Of a DNA stretch of 64,000 bases, positions 9,742-19,437 are shown in pieces. Below the pieces are notes generated by a model. It had not been told where the DNA came from, did not search any database, and saw nothing but the letters and a program-made list of their open reading frames with translations. The stretch is from Myxococcales bacterium (GTDB lineage: Bacteria; Myxococcota_A; UBA9042). The stretch covers positions 32,001 to 96,000 of the forward strand of contig JBBISH010000003.1 in NCBI GenBank assembly GCA_037441385.1, written 5' to 3'. Position 1 is the stretch's first letter. Every line of letters begins with the position of its first letter. Position numbers and translations under genes: made by a program.

Positions 9742-10736
9742 AAAAGGTCGCGTTGGCAACGAGTTTGCTGGTGTTGGCCGCGGCGTGCGCCAAGAAGCCG
9801 GCCGACTCGCCCGTACAGCCCGAGTCCGGCCAGCGCCAAGTCAATACACAGGCGCCGGCCAGCCAGCGGCCGTCAGGACGTTGGCAACTTGTTGAATTGC
9901 ATGTTGATATGCAACTGGAAGACGATCAGCGGCTGGCGGCGCTGTCGTCCGAAAGCCTGGACTCGGCGCTGCGCTCGGCCGCCAAGAACATGGAGCAGGT
10001 GCGCGGCTTTGGACCAATGCCAGAGCTCGCGCGGCAGGAGCAAGCGGGGGCCAGCGTGCAGATCGCCTGGCAGCGGCTGGACGGGGATCTGCGGCCGGTC
10101 GCGCTGAACTACAATCAGAACGGGCAGTTGCTGATCCAGGTCGTGGCCCATGCCGAGACGCCGGGCGAGCGGCCGAGCGAAAACCGCGTGGCCGAGCGGT
10201 CGCAACGGGTGATGCTGCCCATGCCGGGGACGCTGGAGGACCCCGCCGCGTGGCTGCAAGAACGGGCGACGCGGGCGATGGTGCTGGCGCTGAGCGACGC
10301 GCTGGGCGAGTTGTGGGCGGGGAGCGCGACCGAGGCCGAACTGGAGGCCTATCTGGACGGCGAGACCTGGCAGATTCAGGCGGCGTGCCGCGAAATTGGC
10401 GAGCGAAAGCTGAGCAAGCACCGGCTCCGCCTGGAAAAGCTGGCCAAAGACACGCGCAAGGATCTGGCCGCGGTCTGCGCGGCGGCACTGGGGCGGCTGG
10501 GCGATGCGTCGAGTCTGCCGGTCTTGCAGTCGCTATTGGCCAGTGGCCAGCCCGAAGTGGTCGACGCAGCGCTGGTGGCACTGGCCGGCATGGCGGGCCC
10601 TGAGGCGCGGGCGATCGTCAGTGACGCCGCGGAACATCACAGCAATTCGTTGGTTCGGCGGCGGGCGAATCAGCTGCTGAGCAACGCCGTGACTCCGGCC
10701 GGCGACGTCAGCGCCGCCACCGCCACCGGGCCGTGA
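9738..10736 (+). CDS. Lipoprotein with C-terminal HEAT repeats
   Basis: GTG overlaps the upstream stop; lipobox LAAAC; AAALGRLGDASSLPVLQSLL...VVDAALVALA HEAT/PBS-lyase-like repeats. Confidence 0.75.
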   Translation: MKKVALATSLLVLAAACAKKPADSPVQPESGQRQVNTQAPASQRPSGRWQLVELHVDMQLEDDQRLAALSSESLDSALRSAAKNMEQVRGFGPMPELARQEQAGASVQIAWQRLDGDLRPVALNYNQNGQLLIQVVAHAETPGERPSENRVAERSQRVMLPMPGTLEDPAAWLQERATRAMVLALSDALGELWAGSATEAELEAYLDGETWQIQAACREIGERKLSKHRLRLEKLAKDTRKDLAAVCAAALGRLGDASSLPVLQSLLASGQPEVVDAALVALAGMAGPEARAIVSDAAEHHSNSLVRRRANQLLSNAVTPAGDVSAATATGP

Positions 10737-10817
10737 TTCCGGGCGCGATTTAGGGTACTGTCCCCGATTTTCTGCTAGCAACACGGCCGCGGTCGACGCG
10801 GCCCAGGACGAGGAAAA

Positions 10818-12281
10818 GTGAGCGATCCCATCGAGAGTCGTGGCCTTTGGCCGCCGGTAGGCACCTGGCACCTGGTCGGAATCGGCGGCATCGGCGTGTC
10901 GGCGGTGGCGCGGCTGCTCAAAGCGCGCGGCGTCGACGTTCAGGGCAGCGACGTGCGCGAGTCGCAGATCACCCGCGCGCTCCGCGACGAGGGCATCCGT
11001 GTGCACATCGGCCACGCGGCCAGCAATGTCGACGGCGCGGCGGTGGTGGTGGCCTCGACAGCGATCCCCAAGACCAACCCCGAATTGGCGGCGGCCGAGG
11101 CTCGCAACATCCCGATTCTGCACCGCTCCGAGGCGCTGGGAGCGCTGGTGGGCGAGCGCCACTCGGTCGGCGTGATCGGCACGCACGGCAAGGGCACCGT
11201 GTCGGGCGCGATCACCTGGCTGCTAGAAAGCGCTGGACTGACGCCGGGTTTTGTCATCGGCGGCCTGCTGCACAACTGGGGCACCAACGCGCGGCCGGGC
11301 TCGCTGGATCCGCAGGGCCGGCACTGGCTGGTCGCCGAGGTCGACGAAAGCGACGGCAGCTTGGTCAACAGCCATCCCGTGGTGGCCGTGCTGAACAACC
11401 TGGAGCTGGACCACCTGCACTACTACCCCGAGTGGCCCAAGCTAGAAGCCGCAGTTCTGCAGTATTTCCATGGCAATCCGCGCCTGCGCACGGCGGTCAT
11501 CAACGCCGACGACCCTGGCTGCCAGAAGATCCTGGCCAAGCTGCAACTGAAGGACCCAATCCACCTGGTCACGTTCGGTTTTGGCGACGAGTGCAAGGTG
11601 CGCGGCCGCAACCTGCAGTGCGGACGCATGCACGGTTCATTCGACGTGGAAATGCGCAACGAAGACGGCAGCTACCAGCTGCTGGGCCGGGTCGAGATCC
11701 GTCTACCAGGTGCCTACAACGCCAGCAATCTGCTGGGCGCCATCGCCACCGCGTGGTCGCAGCGCCTGGACTTTGCGGCCATTCAGCGCGCTGCGCCGCT
11801 GTACCTGGGGCTCGAAAACCGCTTCACGCTGGTCGACGCCGCCGGTGTCGAGGTCGTCAAGGACTACATCTCGCACCCCACCGGCATCCAGCGCGTGCTG
11901 GAAGCAGCGCGGGCCCAGGCCCTGGGGCCAATCACGGCGGTGTTCAAACCCTATCGTTTCACGATGATCCACTACCTGATGGACGACTACCGCAAGGCGT
12001 TCCGCGACGCCGATCAGGTGGTGGTGACCGAGCTCTACACGGCGGGCGAAGTACCGATCCCAGGCACCGACGTCCACGTCCTGTGCGACAAGATCCGCGA
12101 AGTGACGCCCAACGTGACCTATGTGCACGACTTGAACGCGATCCCCGAGTGGCTGCACGCCAACGTACAAGCGCCGGCCAGCGTTCTATTTTTTGGCGGC
12201 GATGATCTGTTCCAGATCGCCGATCGCTACGCCGGCCAGCGCATCGCCGGTCAGTCCAGCCAGGGAGGCGGCCAACCATGA
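10818..12281 (+). CDS. murC: UDP-N-acetylmuramate--amino acid ligase, MurC-like (divergent domain 3)
   Basis: HLVGIGGIGVS, GSD, GTHGK, EVDESDGS, LDHL, DYxxHPT. Confidence 0.8.
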   Translation: MSDPIESRGLWPPVGTWHLVGIGGIGVSAVARLLKARGVDVQGSDVRESQITRALRDEGIRVHIGHAASNVDGAAVVVASTAIPKTNPELAAAEARNIPILHRSEALGALVGERHSVGVIGTHGKGTVSGAITWLLESAGLTPGFVIGGLLHNWGTNARPGSLDPQGRHWLVAEVDESDGSLVNSHPVVAVLNNLELDHLHYYPEWPKLEAAVLQYFHGNPRLRTAVINADDPGCQKILAKLQLKDPIHLVTFGFGDECKVRGRNLQCGRMHGSFDVEMRNEDGSYQLLGRVEIRLPGAYNASNLLGAIATAWSQRLDFAAIQRAAPLYLGLENRFTLVDAAGVEVVKDYISHPTGIQRVLEAARAQALGPITAVFKPYRFTMIHYLMDDYRKAFRDADQVVVTELYTAGEVPIPGTDVHVLCDKIREVTPNVTYVHDLNAIPEWLHANVQAPASVLFFGGDDLFQIADRYAGQRIAGQSSQGGGQP

Positions 12282-13795
12282 GCGAAACCCTGGCCCGCAA
12301 CGCCGACCTGTGGGAGCAGGCGGCGTGGCGCGATCTGGAAGGTGCCAGCTACTCGGTGCTGGGCCTGGGCAAGTCGGGCGTGGCGGCGGCCAATGCCCTG
12401 GCGGCGCGCGGGGCGCGGGTGCTCGCCGTGGACGACGCGCCCGAGCACAAGCTGACGGAACAGCTGCAGCAGTTGGCCCCGGGCATCGAAGTGGCGGTGG
12501 GCGGCGGTCCGGCCGGGCGGAGGGGCGATCTGTTCGTGCTGTCGCCGGGAATCGGCCCGCATTCCAATCGGTTTCGCGATGTGCAGGCGCTGGCGAGCGG
12601 CGTAGTGGGCGAGCTGGAGCTGTTCTACCGGCTCGAACGTGGCGACTCGGGCCTGGGCGTGCCGATCGCGGCGATCTCGGGGACGGACGGCAAGACCACG
12701 ACCACCTTGTGGACCGGGCACTTGCTGCAGCAGGCGGGCTACCAGGTCACGGTCGGCGGCAACATCGGCGACCCGCTCTGCGGCTTCCTGGGCCAGTTTG
12801 GGCCCAGTTCGGTGGTGGTGGCCGAGGTCAGCGCCTTCCAGCTGTGGACCTGCCAGCAGTTCCGGCCGCGCGCCGCGGTGGTGACGAACATCGCGCTGGA
12901 TCACATGGATTATTTCCACAACGATCTAGAGCGCTACGTTCGGACCAAGTGCAGCGTGCGCCACAAGATGGGGCCGGGCGACTGGTACGCGGTCAACGGC
13001 GACGACGTGGAGCTGGAGGACGAGCGGGCGCTGCTGCGCAAGGGCGTGGCCCACGCCTGGCAAGTGTTCTCGACTCAAGGGATTCCCGAGCGCGGCCTGG
13101 GCTTTGACGGCGAGCGCCTGTGGTGGGCCTTGGGCGGAAGCCAGCGCATCGCCTTGTGCCACGTCAGCGAACTGGGGGCCGATGGCCGCTTCCCGATCAC
13201 GGGCTTGCACAACGTAGAGAACGCCCTGGCAGCCAGTTCGCTGGCGCTGGCGTTTGGGGTGCCGTTGGCCGAGTTGCGCGCGGGTCTGCGCTCTTTTGGC
13301 CTGCCCTCGCACCGCATCGAGCCGGTGGGCCACATCGGGCAAGTGCGCTTCTTTGACGACAGCAAGGCCACCAACCCGCACGCCGCCATCGCCGGCTTGC
13401 GCGCCATGACCAAGGCGCCGGGCGAGCGCGTGGTCTGGATCGCGGGCGGATCCGAGAAGGACAGCGACTTTGCCGAGCTGGGTACGGTAGTCGCCGAGCT
13501 GGCCGACGCCGCGGTCCTCATCGGCCAAACCGCAGAGCGCATCGCGGCTTGCCTGCCCTCTGGCTTCCAGGTCGCGCGGGCGGCCAAGTTGGAAGAGGCG
13601 GTCGTCACGGCGCTGCAGCTGTGTGGCGACCAGGGCGCGGTGCTGCTCAGCCCGGCGTGCGCGTCGTACGACATGTTCCGCAGCTACGCCCACCGCGGCG
13701 ACGTATTTGCCGGCGCGGTGGCGGCCTTGGGCAAGGCAATGGGGCGCTTCCAGCCGCCCGCCGCGGCGACTATGGCGACCCCGCACCCACACTGA
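12278..13795 (+). CDS. murD: UDP-N-acetylmuramoyl-L-alanine--D-glutamate ligase
   Basis: GLGKSG, SPGI, GTDGKTTT, GGNIG, EVSAFQL, DDSKATN, SPACASYDMF...RG. Confidence 0.95.
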   Translation: MSETLARNADLWEQAAWRDLEGASYSVLGLGKSGVAAANALAARGARVLAVDDAPEHKLTEQLQQLAPGIEVAVGGGPAGRRGDLFVLSPGIGPHSNRFRDVQALASGVVGELELFYRLERGDSGLGVPIAAISGTDGKTTTTLWTGHLLQQAGYQVTVGGNIGDPLCGFLGQFGPSSVVVAEVSAFQLWTCQQFRPRAAVVTNIALDHMDYFHNDLERYVRTKCSVRHKMGPGDWYAVNGDDVELEDERALLRKGVAHAWQVFSTQGIPERGLGFDGERLWWALGGSQRIALCHVSELGADGRFPITGLHNVENALAASSLALAFGVPLAELRAGLRSFGLPSHRIEPVGHIGQVRFFDDSKATNPHAAIAGLRAMTKAPGERVVWIAGGSEKDSDFAELGTVVAELADAAVLIGQTAERIAACLPSGFQVARAAKLEEAVVTALQLCGDQGAVLLSPACASYDMFRSYAHRGDVFAGAVAALGKAMGRFQPPAAATMATPHPH

Positions 13796-14747
13796 GCTGG
13801 GCCCGGCACCAGGCCGAATTCGCCCGCGCCAAGGGCGCTTGCTGGCGCATGCGCACCGCCTGATCCCACGCCGCCACCGCGCCTGCGCAGTCGCCGTTGC
13901 GCGCCAACAGCACGCCGCGCACGAAAACACTTGGATAGGTGGGGTCGCGCTCGGCCAGCTGGCCAAGGAGCTGCAAGCGCCGCTCGATCGGCAGGGCGTC
14001 GTTGGCCTCGATGCGGAACCGCAGCACCAGATCCTGCACGTCTGCCGGCAGATGCGGGCGATCGGGCAGGCGGGCGCCCAATTCGAGCATCCGCTGCGCG
14101 GCCATCGCCTCGACCACGCGGGCCGCCGCCGGCTGCAGTCGCCCCGCCTTCTCGAACCGGTCCATGCCGATCGCCTGCAGCGTGGCGCGCAGGCCCGGCG
14201 CCAACCGGTCGACCTGCCCGTCCTGCTTGCCGGCGTGCAGCGGGTCCAGGGCCAGCTCGATGCCCGCCCGCACGTCGCGGCCATAGCGCACGGCCATCGC
14301 CCGCAGCGCGTCGGGCCCTGCCGTCAAAACCAGCGTCCGCACGCGCTCTTGCAGCCCCGACAGCAGCAGCCGCGCCGGTAGGCTCGACTCCACGTCCAGG
14401 GCGCCCAGGTCGCGCTCGTAGGTCAGCCAGGCCGCCAGATCCTCTCGGATCTTCTGTTCTTGGGTGGCGCGCCCGCCCGCGCCCCGTTTGACATCTGCAA
14501 CTAGCAGCGCATCGTCGCGGCGAGCCATTTCGGCCAGCCCGTCCAAATCACTCATCCAGTCGCGCAGTTGCAGCGACGGCTCCACGACTTCGCGTACCGG
14601 CGGCGCCCACAGGATGGCGGCGGCGGCCACGGCAACCAGCGCGGCCAGTGTAGTCCAAACGAGCCCCGGAGGCGGCAAAAGCACAGGCTCTTCGGGGCCT
14701 TGCTCGGCCTCGGGCCCGTCGTCAACCACCGCCGGCGATTCGCTCAT
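13770..14747 (-). CDS. Membrane-anchored helical protein with C-terminal TPR
   Basis: ATG 14747 overlaps the TlpA stop; one TM segment; C-terminal RGVLLARNGD..GAVAAWDQA TPR-like repeat. Confidence 0.65.
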   Translation of the reverse strand: MSESPAVVDDGPEAEQGPEEPVLLPPPGLVWTTLAALVAVAAAAILWAPPVREVVEPSLQLRDWMSDLDGLAEMARRDDALLVADVKRGAGGRATQEQKIREDLAAWLTYERDLGALDVESSLPARLLLSGLQERVRTLVLTAGPDALRAMAVRYGRDVRAGIELALDPLHAGKQDGQVDRLAPGLRATLQAIGMDRFEKAGRLQPAAARVVEAMAAQRMLELGARLPDRPHLPADVQDLVLRFRIEANDALPIERRLQLLGQLAERDPTYPSVFVRGVLLARNGDCAGAVAAWDQAVRMRQQAPLARANSAWCRAQLSVGAGSP

Positions 14748-15433
14748 GGCGTCTTGGTCGCGGGTGGGCACAGCATGCCAATCGCGCGGATCATGCGCGT
14801 TTGCGACCACTTTTGCCCGGCGATAAAGCGCGCCGCGACCCTACCGCGAATGATCACCCATGTTTCGGGCAGTTTTTCGGTACCCAGCGACAGGCGCAGC
14901 ATCTTGCTGGCGTCGCCGTCTTGGCCCTCGGGGTCGCGGAGCCAGACGCCGGACAACTTGGCCGGGTCGCCCACGGTCTTGCGCAGGGTCGCATTGGGAG
15001 CATCCCAATCGTCGTCGTAGCCCACCGCCGTCAGGCTGCAGCGCGTGCCTTCGAGCGACCGGGCGAGTTCGGCGATTTCTGGCAGTTCCTCTAGGCAAGG
15101 CGGGCACCAACTGGCCCAGAAATGCAGGAAGATCACGTCGGCCTTCTCGGCCACGGCGCGCAGCGAAGTCGGCTGGCCGGGCGCCGCGGGATTGCCTTGC
15201 AGCGCCAGGTCATACTCACCGGGCGACACGGGCCGGTCGTAGAGTTCTGCGCCCAGGTCGGCCATCAGCTGGCGAGCCCGCTCGGTGGGACGGGCTTGCG
15301 CCATGAACCGCCAGGCGATCGCCGCGCCTGCCAGAGCAAGCACCGCCAGGGCCAGCCAAAGCGCACGGCGCGACTCGGGGCGTTGGCCAGCCACGGCGGC
15401 GGTACGGGTTGGTTGTGCTGCAGGTTGCGCCAT
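14744..15433 (-). CDS. TlpA/ResA-family thiol-disulfide oxidoreductase
   Basis: N-terminal TM anchor; LHFWASWCPPCLEELP; cis-Pro motif LPETW. Confidence 0.9.
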   Translation of the reverse strand: MAQPAAQPTRTAAVAGQRPESRRALWLALAVLALAGAAIAWRFMAQARPTERARQLMADLGAELYDRPVSPGEYDLALQGNPAAPGQPTSLRAVAEKADVIFLHFWASWCPPCLEELPEIAELARSLEGTRCSLTAVGYDDDWDAPNATLRKTVGDPAKLSGVWLRDPEGQDGDASKMLRLSLGTEKLPETWVIIRGRVAARFIAGQKWSQTRMIRAIGMLCPPATKTP

Positions 15434-15491
15434 GTCGATTCCGCGCCAGGCCCTTCTGGCGTCGCCAGACTACATCAACCCGGCCAGTCCG

Positions 15492-16754
15492 TCACGATCC
15501 GGGGACGACCGCAGGCGTCGCCGCTTGGCTGAGCGTCACCGCTTGGCTGAGCATCACCGCGTCGGGCGGCGGGACCCACGCTTGACCAGCCGGCGTGGCC
15601 AGCTCGGCCAAGCTCTTGCGGTACGCCGGCAGCAGCACCGGGGTGGCGAACACGACGCTGGCGTACTCGCGGCCCAGCGCGCTCACCAGCACGCCCGGCT
15701 GACGCTCGACCCAGCGGCCGGTCTGAGCGGACTTGCGGAGCGCGTCAAAATCCCCCGCGTCCATGGTAAAAAGTTGCGTCCGCTTGGCTACCACCAGCGC
15801 GCCCGAGAGCGGCAGGGGCCAGCAAGGCATCCGACCCGAGCGCAGCGCCCACGCCCCGTCGGCCAAGTCGCCGTCGCAGCTGCCGCTGGCCAAGTGGAAG
15901 GTGCCGCGGCGCACGTCGCCGGGGTAACGGACCCGCAAATCGTCGAACTGAAACGACTCGGCGGGCACGGCGGGCAAGACGATCCCCTGCACGCTGTTCA
16001 AGTTGGCCAGTACGACGGCCAGGACCTGCAAGACCGCTCCCGCCCAAGCCAATCCGCGCAACCACCCCGGCGAAGCCCGCCTGCGACCGGCGAGCCCAAG
16101 GGGCAGGAATTGCGGTCGCAGCACCACGCCCATCGTCAGGCCACCGACCGCACCGCCCAAATGCGCCACGCGATCCGTGTGTTGCCCGCCCACGAGCAGC
16201 AGCGCCAGCAAGCACAGACCGGGCACGCCGATCATCAGCCAGCGCATCCGCGGACCCAACCGCGGCGCCAACTTGACACCCAGCGCCACCAGCGCCGCGA
16301 CCAGGCCGTAGACGGACCCCGACGCGCCCACCGTCACTTGCAGCGGCGGGTTGCCCAGCATGGCGATGCCCGCGAACAGCCCAGAACCAAACCAGATCAG
16401 CAGCAGCCGCGCCGGACCGTAGGCGGCTTCGATCGGCCGACCGACCACCCACAGCATCAGCGCGTTGACGCCCAGGTGCAGCACATCGGTATGCGCCCAG
16501 GTGGGCGTGATCAGCCGCCACCAGTGCCCGCGGACGACGTAATAGGGAATGTGGCCCAAGGCCAGCAGCCACTGCGTGTCGGCGTTGTCGCCCAGCCAAA
16601 GGCCCGCACTGTCTTGCACGAACCAGCTGGCCAGGAGCGCCACGGTCAACCAGCCCACGCCCGGCCGGCGCATCCGCCACGCCAGCCCCAGCCAGCGCAG
16701 CCACGCCAGTTGCACCATGTCGCTGGGCAGTTGGGGCGGACTCGAACCGTCCAC
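15492..16754 (-). CDS. Rhomboid-family intramembrane serine protease with C-terminal soluble extension
   Basis: WWRLIT..AH...HLGVN, VGASG (catalytic Ser), AHLGG (catalytic His). Confidence 0.9.
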   Translation of the reverse strand: MDGSSPPQLPSDMVQLAWLRWLGLAWRMRRPGVGWLTVALLASWFVQDSAGLWLGDNADTQWLLALGHIPYYVVRGHWWRLITPTWAHTDVLHLGVNALMLWVVGRPIEAAYGPARLLLIWFGSGLFAGIAMLGNPPLQVTVGASGSVYGLVAALVALGVKLAPRLGPRMRWLMIGVPGLCLLALLLVGGQHTDRVAHLGGAVGGLTMGVVLRPQFLPLGLAGRRRASPGWLRGLAWAGAVLQVLAVVLANLNSVQGIVLPAVPAESFQFDDLRVRYPGDVRRGTFHLASGSCDGDLADGAWALRSGRMPCWPLPLSGALVVAKRTQLFTMDAGDFDALRKSAQTGRWVERQPGVLVSALGREYASVVFATPVLLPAYRKSLAELATPAGQAWVPPPDAVMLSQAVTLSQAATPAVVPGS

Positions 16755-16757
16755 GCG

Positions 16758-17387
16758 CTACTTGCCTCGCGGGAACAGCTTGCCAAAGGCGCCCAGCACT
16801 TCGCGGCGCGTCGCATAGACTTCGCGCATCCGCTCCAGCCGCTCGGCGATCTTGCCCATGCGCTGCTCAAAGGCCGGGCGAATCTCTGCTGGGATGTCCT
16901 GATCGTAGCCGGCGCCGCGGAGCCGCGCGCGAATCTCGGCCGCTTTGCTGTGGGCCGTGTCGATGGCACTGGCGTGCTCCTTCAGATATTTCTCCAGTTC
17001 CGGCAAGGCCTTATCGGGCGTCTTGGCGTTCTTCTCCAAGATGTCGATCCCGCCCTCGATGAGCGTGTTGTTGGTGTCGATCGAGGCCTGCACCTCGGCC
17101 AGCATCTGGGCGTCCAACTTCAGATCGGGTTTGCCAAAGTACTGGGGCACGTTGCCGGCATCCGGGCCGGTGCAGCCAACGCAATTGGGATCGGGCTTGT
17201 TGGTCGCGACAAAGCCGCTCGGCTCGGCGCCTGGTCCCACTTGCGTGGCGGTGGATCCGTGCGGCAAATCCGCGGCCTGGCTCGCAGTCGCGGCGCCAGC
17301 AGGTGCCGGTGTGGACTTGTTGCAGGCCGTCAGGCTGGCCATCAACGCCGCGGCAGTCACCAGACCAGCCAAAAGGGGTTGTCGCAT
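16758..17387 (-). CDS. Hypothetical lipoprotein with CxxC and helical C-terminus
   Basis: GAGGA RBS; lipobox LTAC; PNCVGC. Confidence 0.7.
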   Translation of the reverse strand: MRQPLLAGLVTAAALMASLTACNKSTPAPAGAATASQAADLPHGSTATQVGPGAEPSGFVATNKPDPNCVGCTGPDAGNVPQYFGKPDLKLDAQMLAEVQASIDTNNTLIEGGIDILEKNAKTPDKALPELEKYLKEHASAIDTAHSKAAEIRARLRGAGYDQDIPAEIRPAFEQRMGKIAERLERMREVYATRREVLGAFGKLFPRGK

Positions 17388-17417
17388 CAGTCCTCGCTTT
17401 GGGGGAGGGTTGGCCCG

Positions 17418-18347
17418 CTACAGGGCCTGCAGAAGTTTACGAACCCACTCGGCTTTGGCGTGGTCGGGGAACAGGGACAAGAACTGAGCGTAGACCTTGC
17501 GGGCCTGGGCCGACTTGCCGGTCGATTGGTAGAGCTGACCCAGCAGCAGCATGGCGTCGTCGTAGTTCCCCGCCGACTTCAGCGCTTTTTCCGCCGGTCC
17601 CATCTGGCCCGCGTCAAAGTAGGCGCGCCCCAACAGCGTCAACGTCCGCACCGAGTGCCGCAGCTGCTGCGAGGCCCGCAAGTCGTTGATCGCGCCGTTC
17701 AAGTCGCCTTGCTCCAGCTTGCGTTTGCCGCTGTAGTACAGGTCGGTCGCGTCGGCGCCTTCGGGCACGACCACACCGCCGTCGGCCTTGGCAGGCTCGG
17801 TTTTCGCGGGCTCGACTTTGGCGGGCTCGGCCTTGGCCGCCTTGCTGTCGCTCCTCTCGGCCTTCTCGGTTTTGTCCGATTTGTCAGCCTTTTCAGCTTT
17901 TTCTGCCTTGTCGACTTTCTCCGGTCGCTCGGCTTTGGCGACCACCGGTTCAGCGACCTTGGCCGGTTCAGCCCCTTTGGCTGGCTCTGCGGCTTTGACC
18001 GGCTCGGCGGCCGGCGGGTTCAGTGGCGCGGCCGGCCCTGCGTCGGGTGCAGCTGCGGGCGCGGCAGCCGGCTCGGCGGCCTGTACGACCGCGGGCGAGG
18101 CCGCCGCGGGCTGGGCGACAGGGGTCGCTTCGGCTGGAGCGTCGGCGGCGGTGGGCGAAGCCGCGGTGGGCAACAACTCTGGCTTGTCCAGCAACTGCTC
18201 GACGTGGTGCGCCAAGCGCGGCGGTTGCGGCCCCGGTTCGGCAGTGCAGGCCGCGAACAGGACGGCAACCAGCAGCGCCCCAGACAGCGGCAGCGACTGC
18301 GCGCGGAGGGGAATGGGGCAGGCAATTTGGCGGCGGCAAGCCATCAT
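17418..18347 (-). CDS. TPR lipoprotein with low-complexity Ala/Pro and Lys/Glu repeat linker
   Basis: Lipobox FAAC; AEPAK and KAEK/KADK repeats; three C-terminal TPRs. Start codon uncertain. Confidence 0.7.
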   Translation of the reverse strand: MMACRRQIACPIPLRAQSLPLSGALLVAVLFAACTAEPGPQPPRLAHHVEQLLDKPELLPTAASPTAADAPAEATPVAQPAAASPAVVQAAEPAAAPAAAPDAGPAAPLNPPAAEPVKAAEPAKGAEPAKVAEPVVAKAERPEKVDKAEKAEKADKSDKTEKAERSDSKAAKAEPAKVEPAKTEPAKADGGVVVPEGADATDLYYSGKRKLEQGDLNGAINDLRASQQLRHSVRTLTLLGRAYFDAGQMGPAEKALKSAGNYDDAMLLLGQLYQSTGKSAQARKVYAQFLSLFPDHAKAEWVRKLLQAL

Positions 18348-18426
18348 CGGCGATCTCGGTCCTTCGCGGGCCCGTTGGAGCGCAGGGCACCCGCACGGCC
18401 CGATTCGGGCAGCAGGCACGAGCAGG

Positions 18427-19437
18427 TTAGCCCCCGTGCTGGCTCTGGTCAAACGTTTGCCCAATTGCCTGCCAATGCGGTAAAGGCAATTGCCCGGTCA
18501 AATCAAGCCACAGCAAGCTACCTGCCGGATGGGCGGGCAGAGCGCGCAGCTGCAGAAACTGGGGATGGAGACGCGCGGCCAGGGCCTGAGGATCTGCGGC
18601 CAAGCAGCGCACCGCCGCTCGCAGACCAAAATGACTTGGGGCCACGGCTCCAGGCCAGTTAGAAGCTGCGCCAAGGAATTGGCTAGCCAACTCAGCAACT
18701 TCACTACGCCGAACCTCGGGCCAGCGCGGCTGCGCAACCAGCCCCTGCAACACGGCCAGGGCGTGCAACTGGGCGCGCTCGCTGAAATGTCCGCGGCCGT
18801 GCAGCGACTCCAGCTCGCTTCCCCAACCCGTGCGCGTGGCCACACCGTACAGCACGGGCTCGCCGGGAGCGTCGGGATCGCGCAGCGCCAGCACGCACGC
18901 GTCGGCGTCTGGCAGTTCCGTGTCCCAGGCCGCCGCAGTACAGTCGGCAATGCGGGCTCGCGCTGGCCGAGCGGCCGAGCCAGCCAGATCGTCGGCACAC
19001 GTCAACGCCGGAACTTCGCCCCAGAAAACGGCCTCTGGATGCGCTTGCAGGGCCAGGACCAGACCGGCGGCGTCGGGCAAACCTTGTTCGGTGCGGCCCA
19101 CGTCCAAATAGCGTGCGCCTGCCGCCAACGTGGTCAGCGCGACCTGGCCCGCCACCGGCTCGGCCCGCAAGACCACGTCGCCGGGCTGAAGGAGCCGACC
19201 CAGCGCCAAATCCACGGCCTCGCGGTCGCTGGCACAGACGAGCAGGTCGTCGGGTTTCAGCGGCGCGCCGGCCTGCCGCAAGAGCGTCGCCCATTGCCGC
19301 CGAATTTCGCCCAGGTAGTCCCGCTCGGCCAACTCGCGATCCGAAACAGGCCGGTGGTCGCGCCGGGCGGCCGCCAGGTACTTGCGCACCGGGAAACGCC
19401 TTGGGTCGAGCCACGGCGACGCGCTGGTCGGGGTCAC
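18427..19437 (-). CDS. Class I/II PLP-aminotransferase-fold protein, degenerate
   Basis: LLVCASDREAVDLALGRLLQPGDVVLRAEP...AAGARYLDV resembles the HisC/MocR core; GTG start overlaps the upstream TGA. Confidence 0.6.
   Translation of the reverse strand: MTPTSASPWLDPRRFPVRKYLAAARRDHRPVSDRELAERDYLGEIRRQWATLLRQAGAPLKPDDLLVCASDREAVDLALGRLLQPGDVVLRAEPVAGQVALTTLAAGARYLDVGRTEQGLPDAAGLVLALQAHPEAVFWGEVPALTCADDLAGSAARPARARIADCTAAAWDTELPDADACVLALRDPDAPGEPVLYGVATRTGWGSELESLHGRGHFSERAQLHALAVLQGLVAQPRWPEVRRSEVAELASQFLGAASNWPGAVAPSHFGLRAAVRCLAADPQALAARLHPQFLQLRALPAHPAGSLLWLDLTGQLPLPHWQAIGQTFDQSQHGG

Noticed and set aside
15285..18662. 1125-aa plus-strand ORF
   Set aside because: Antisense shadow of the rhomboid and lipoprotein genes; Arg/Gly/His-rich with no motifs, typical of high-GC DNA.
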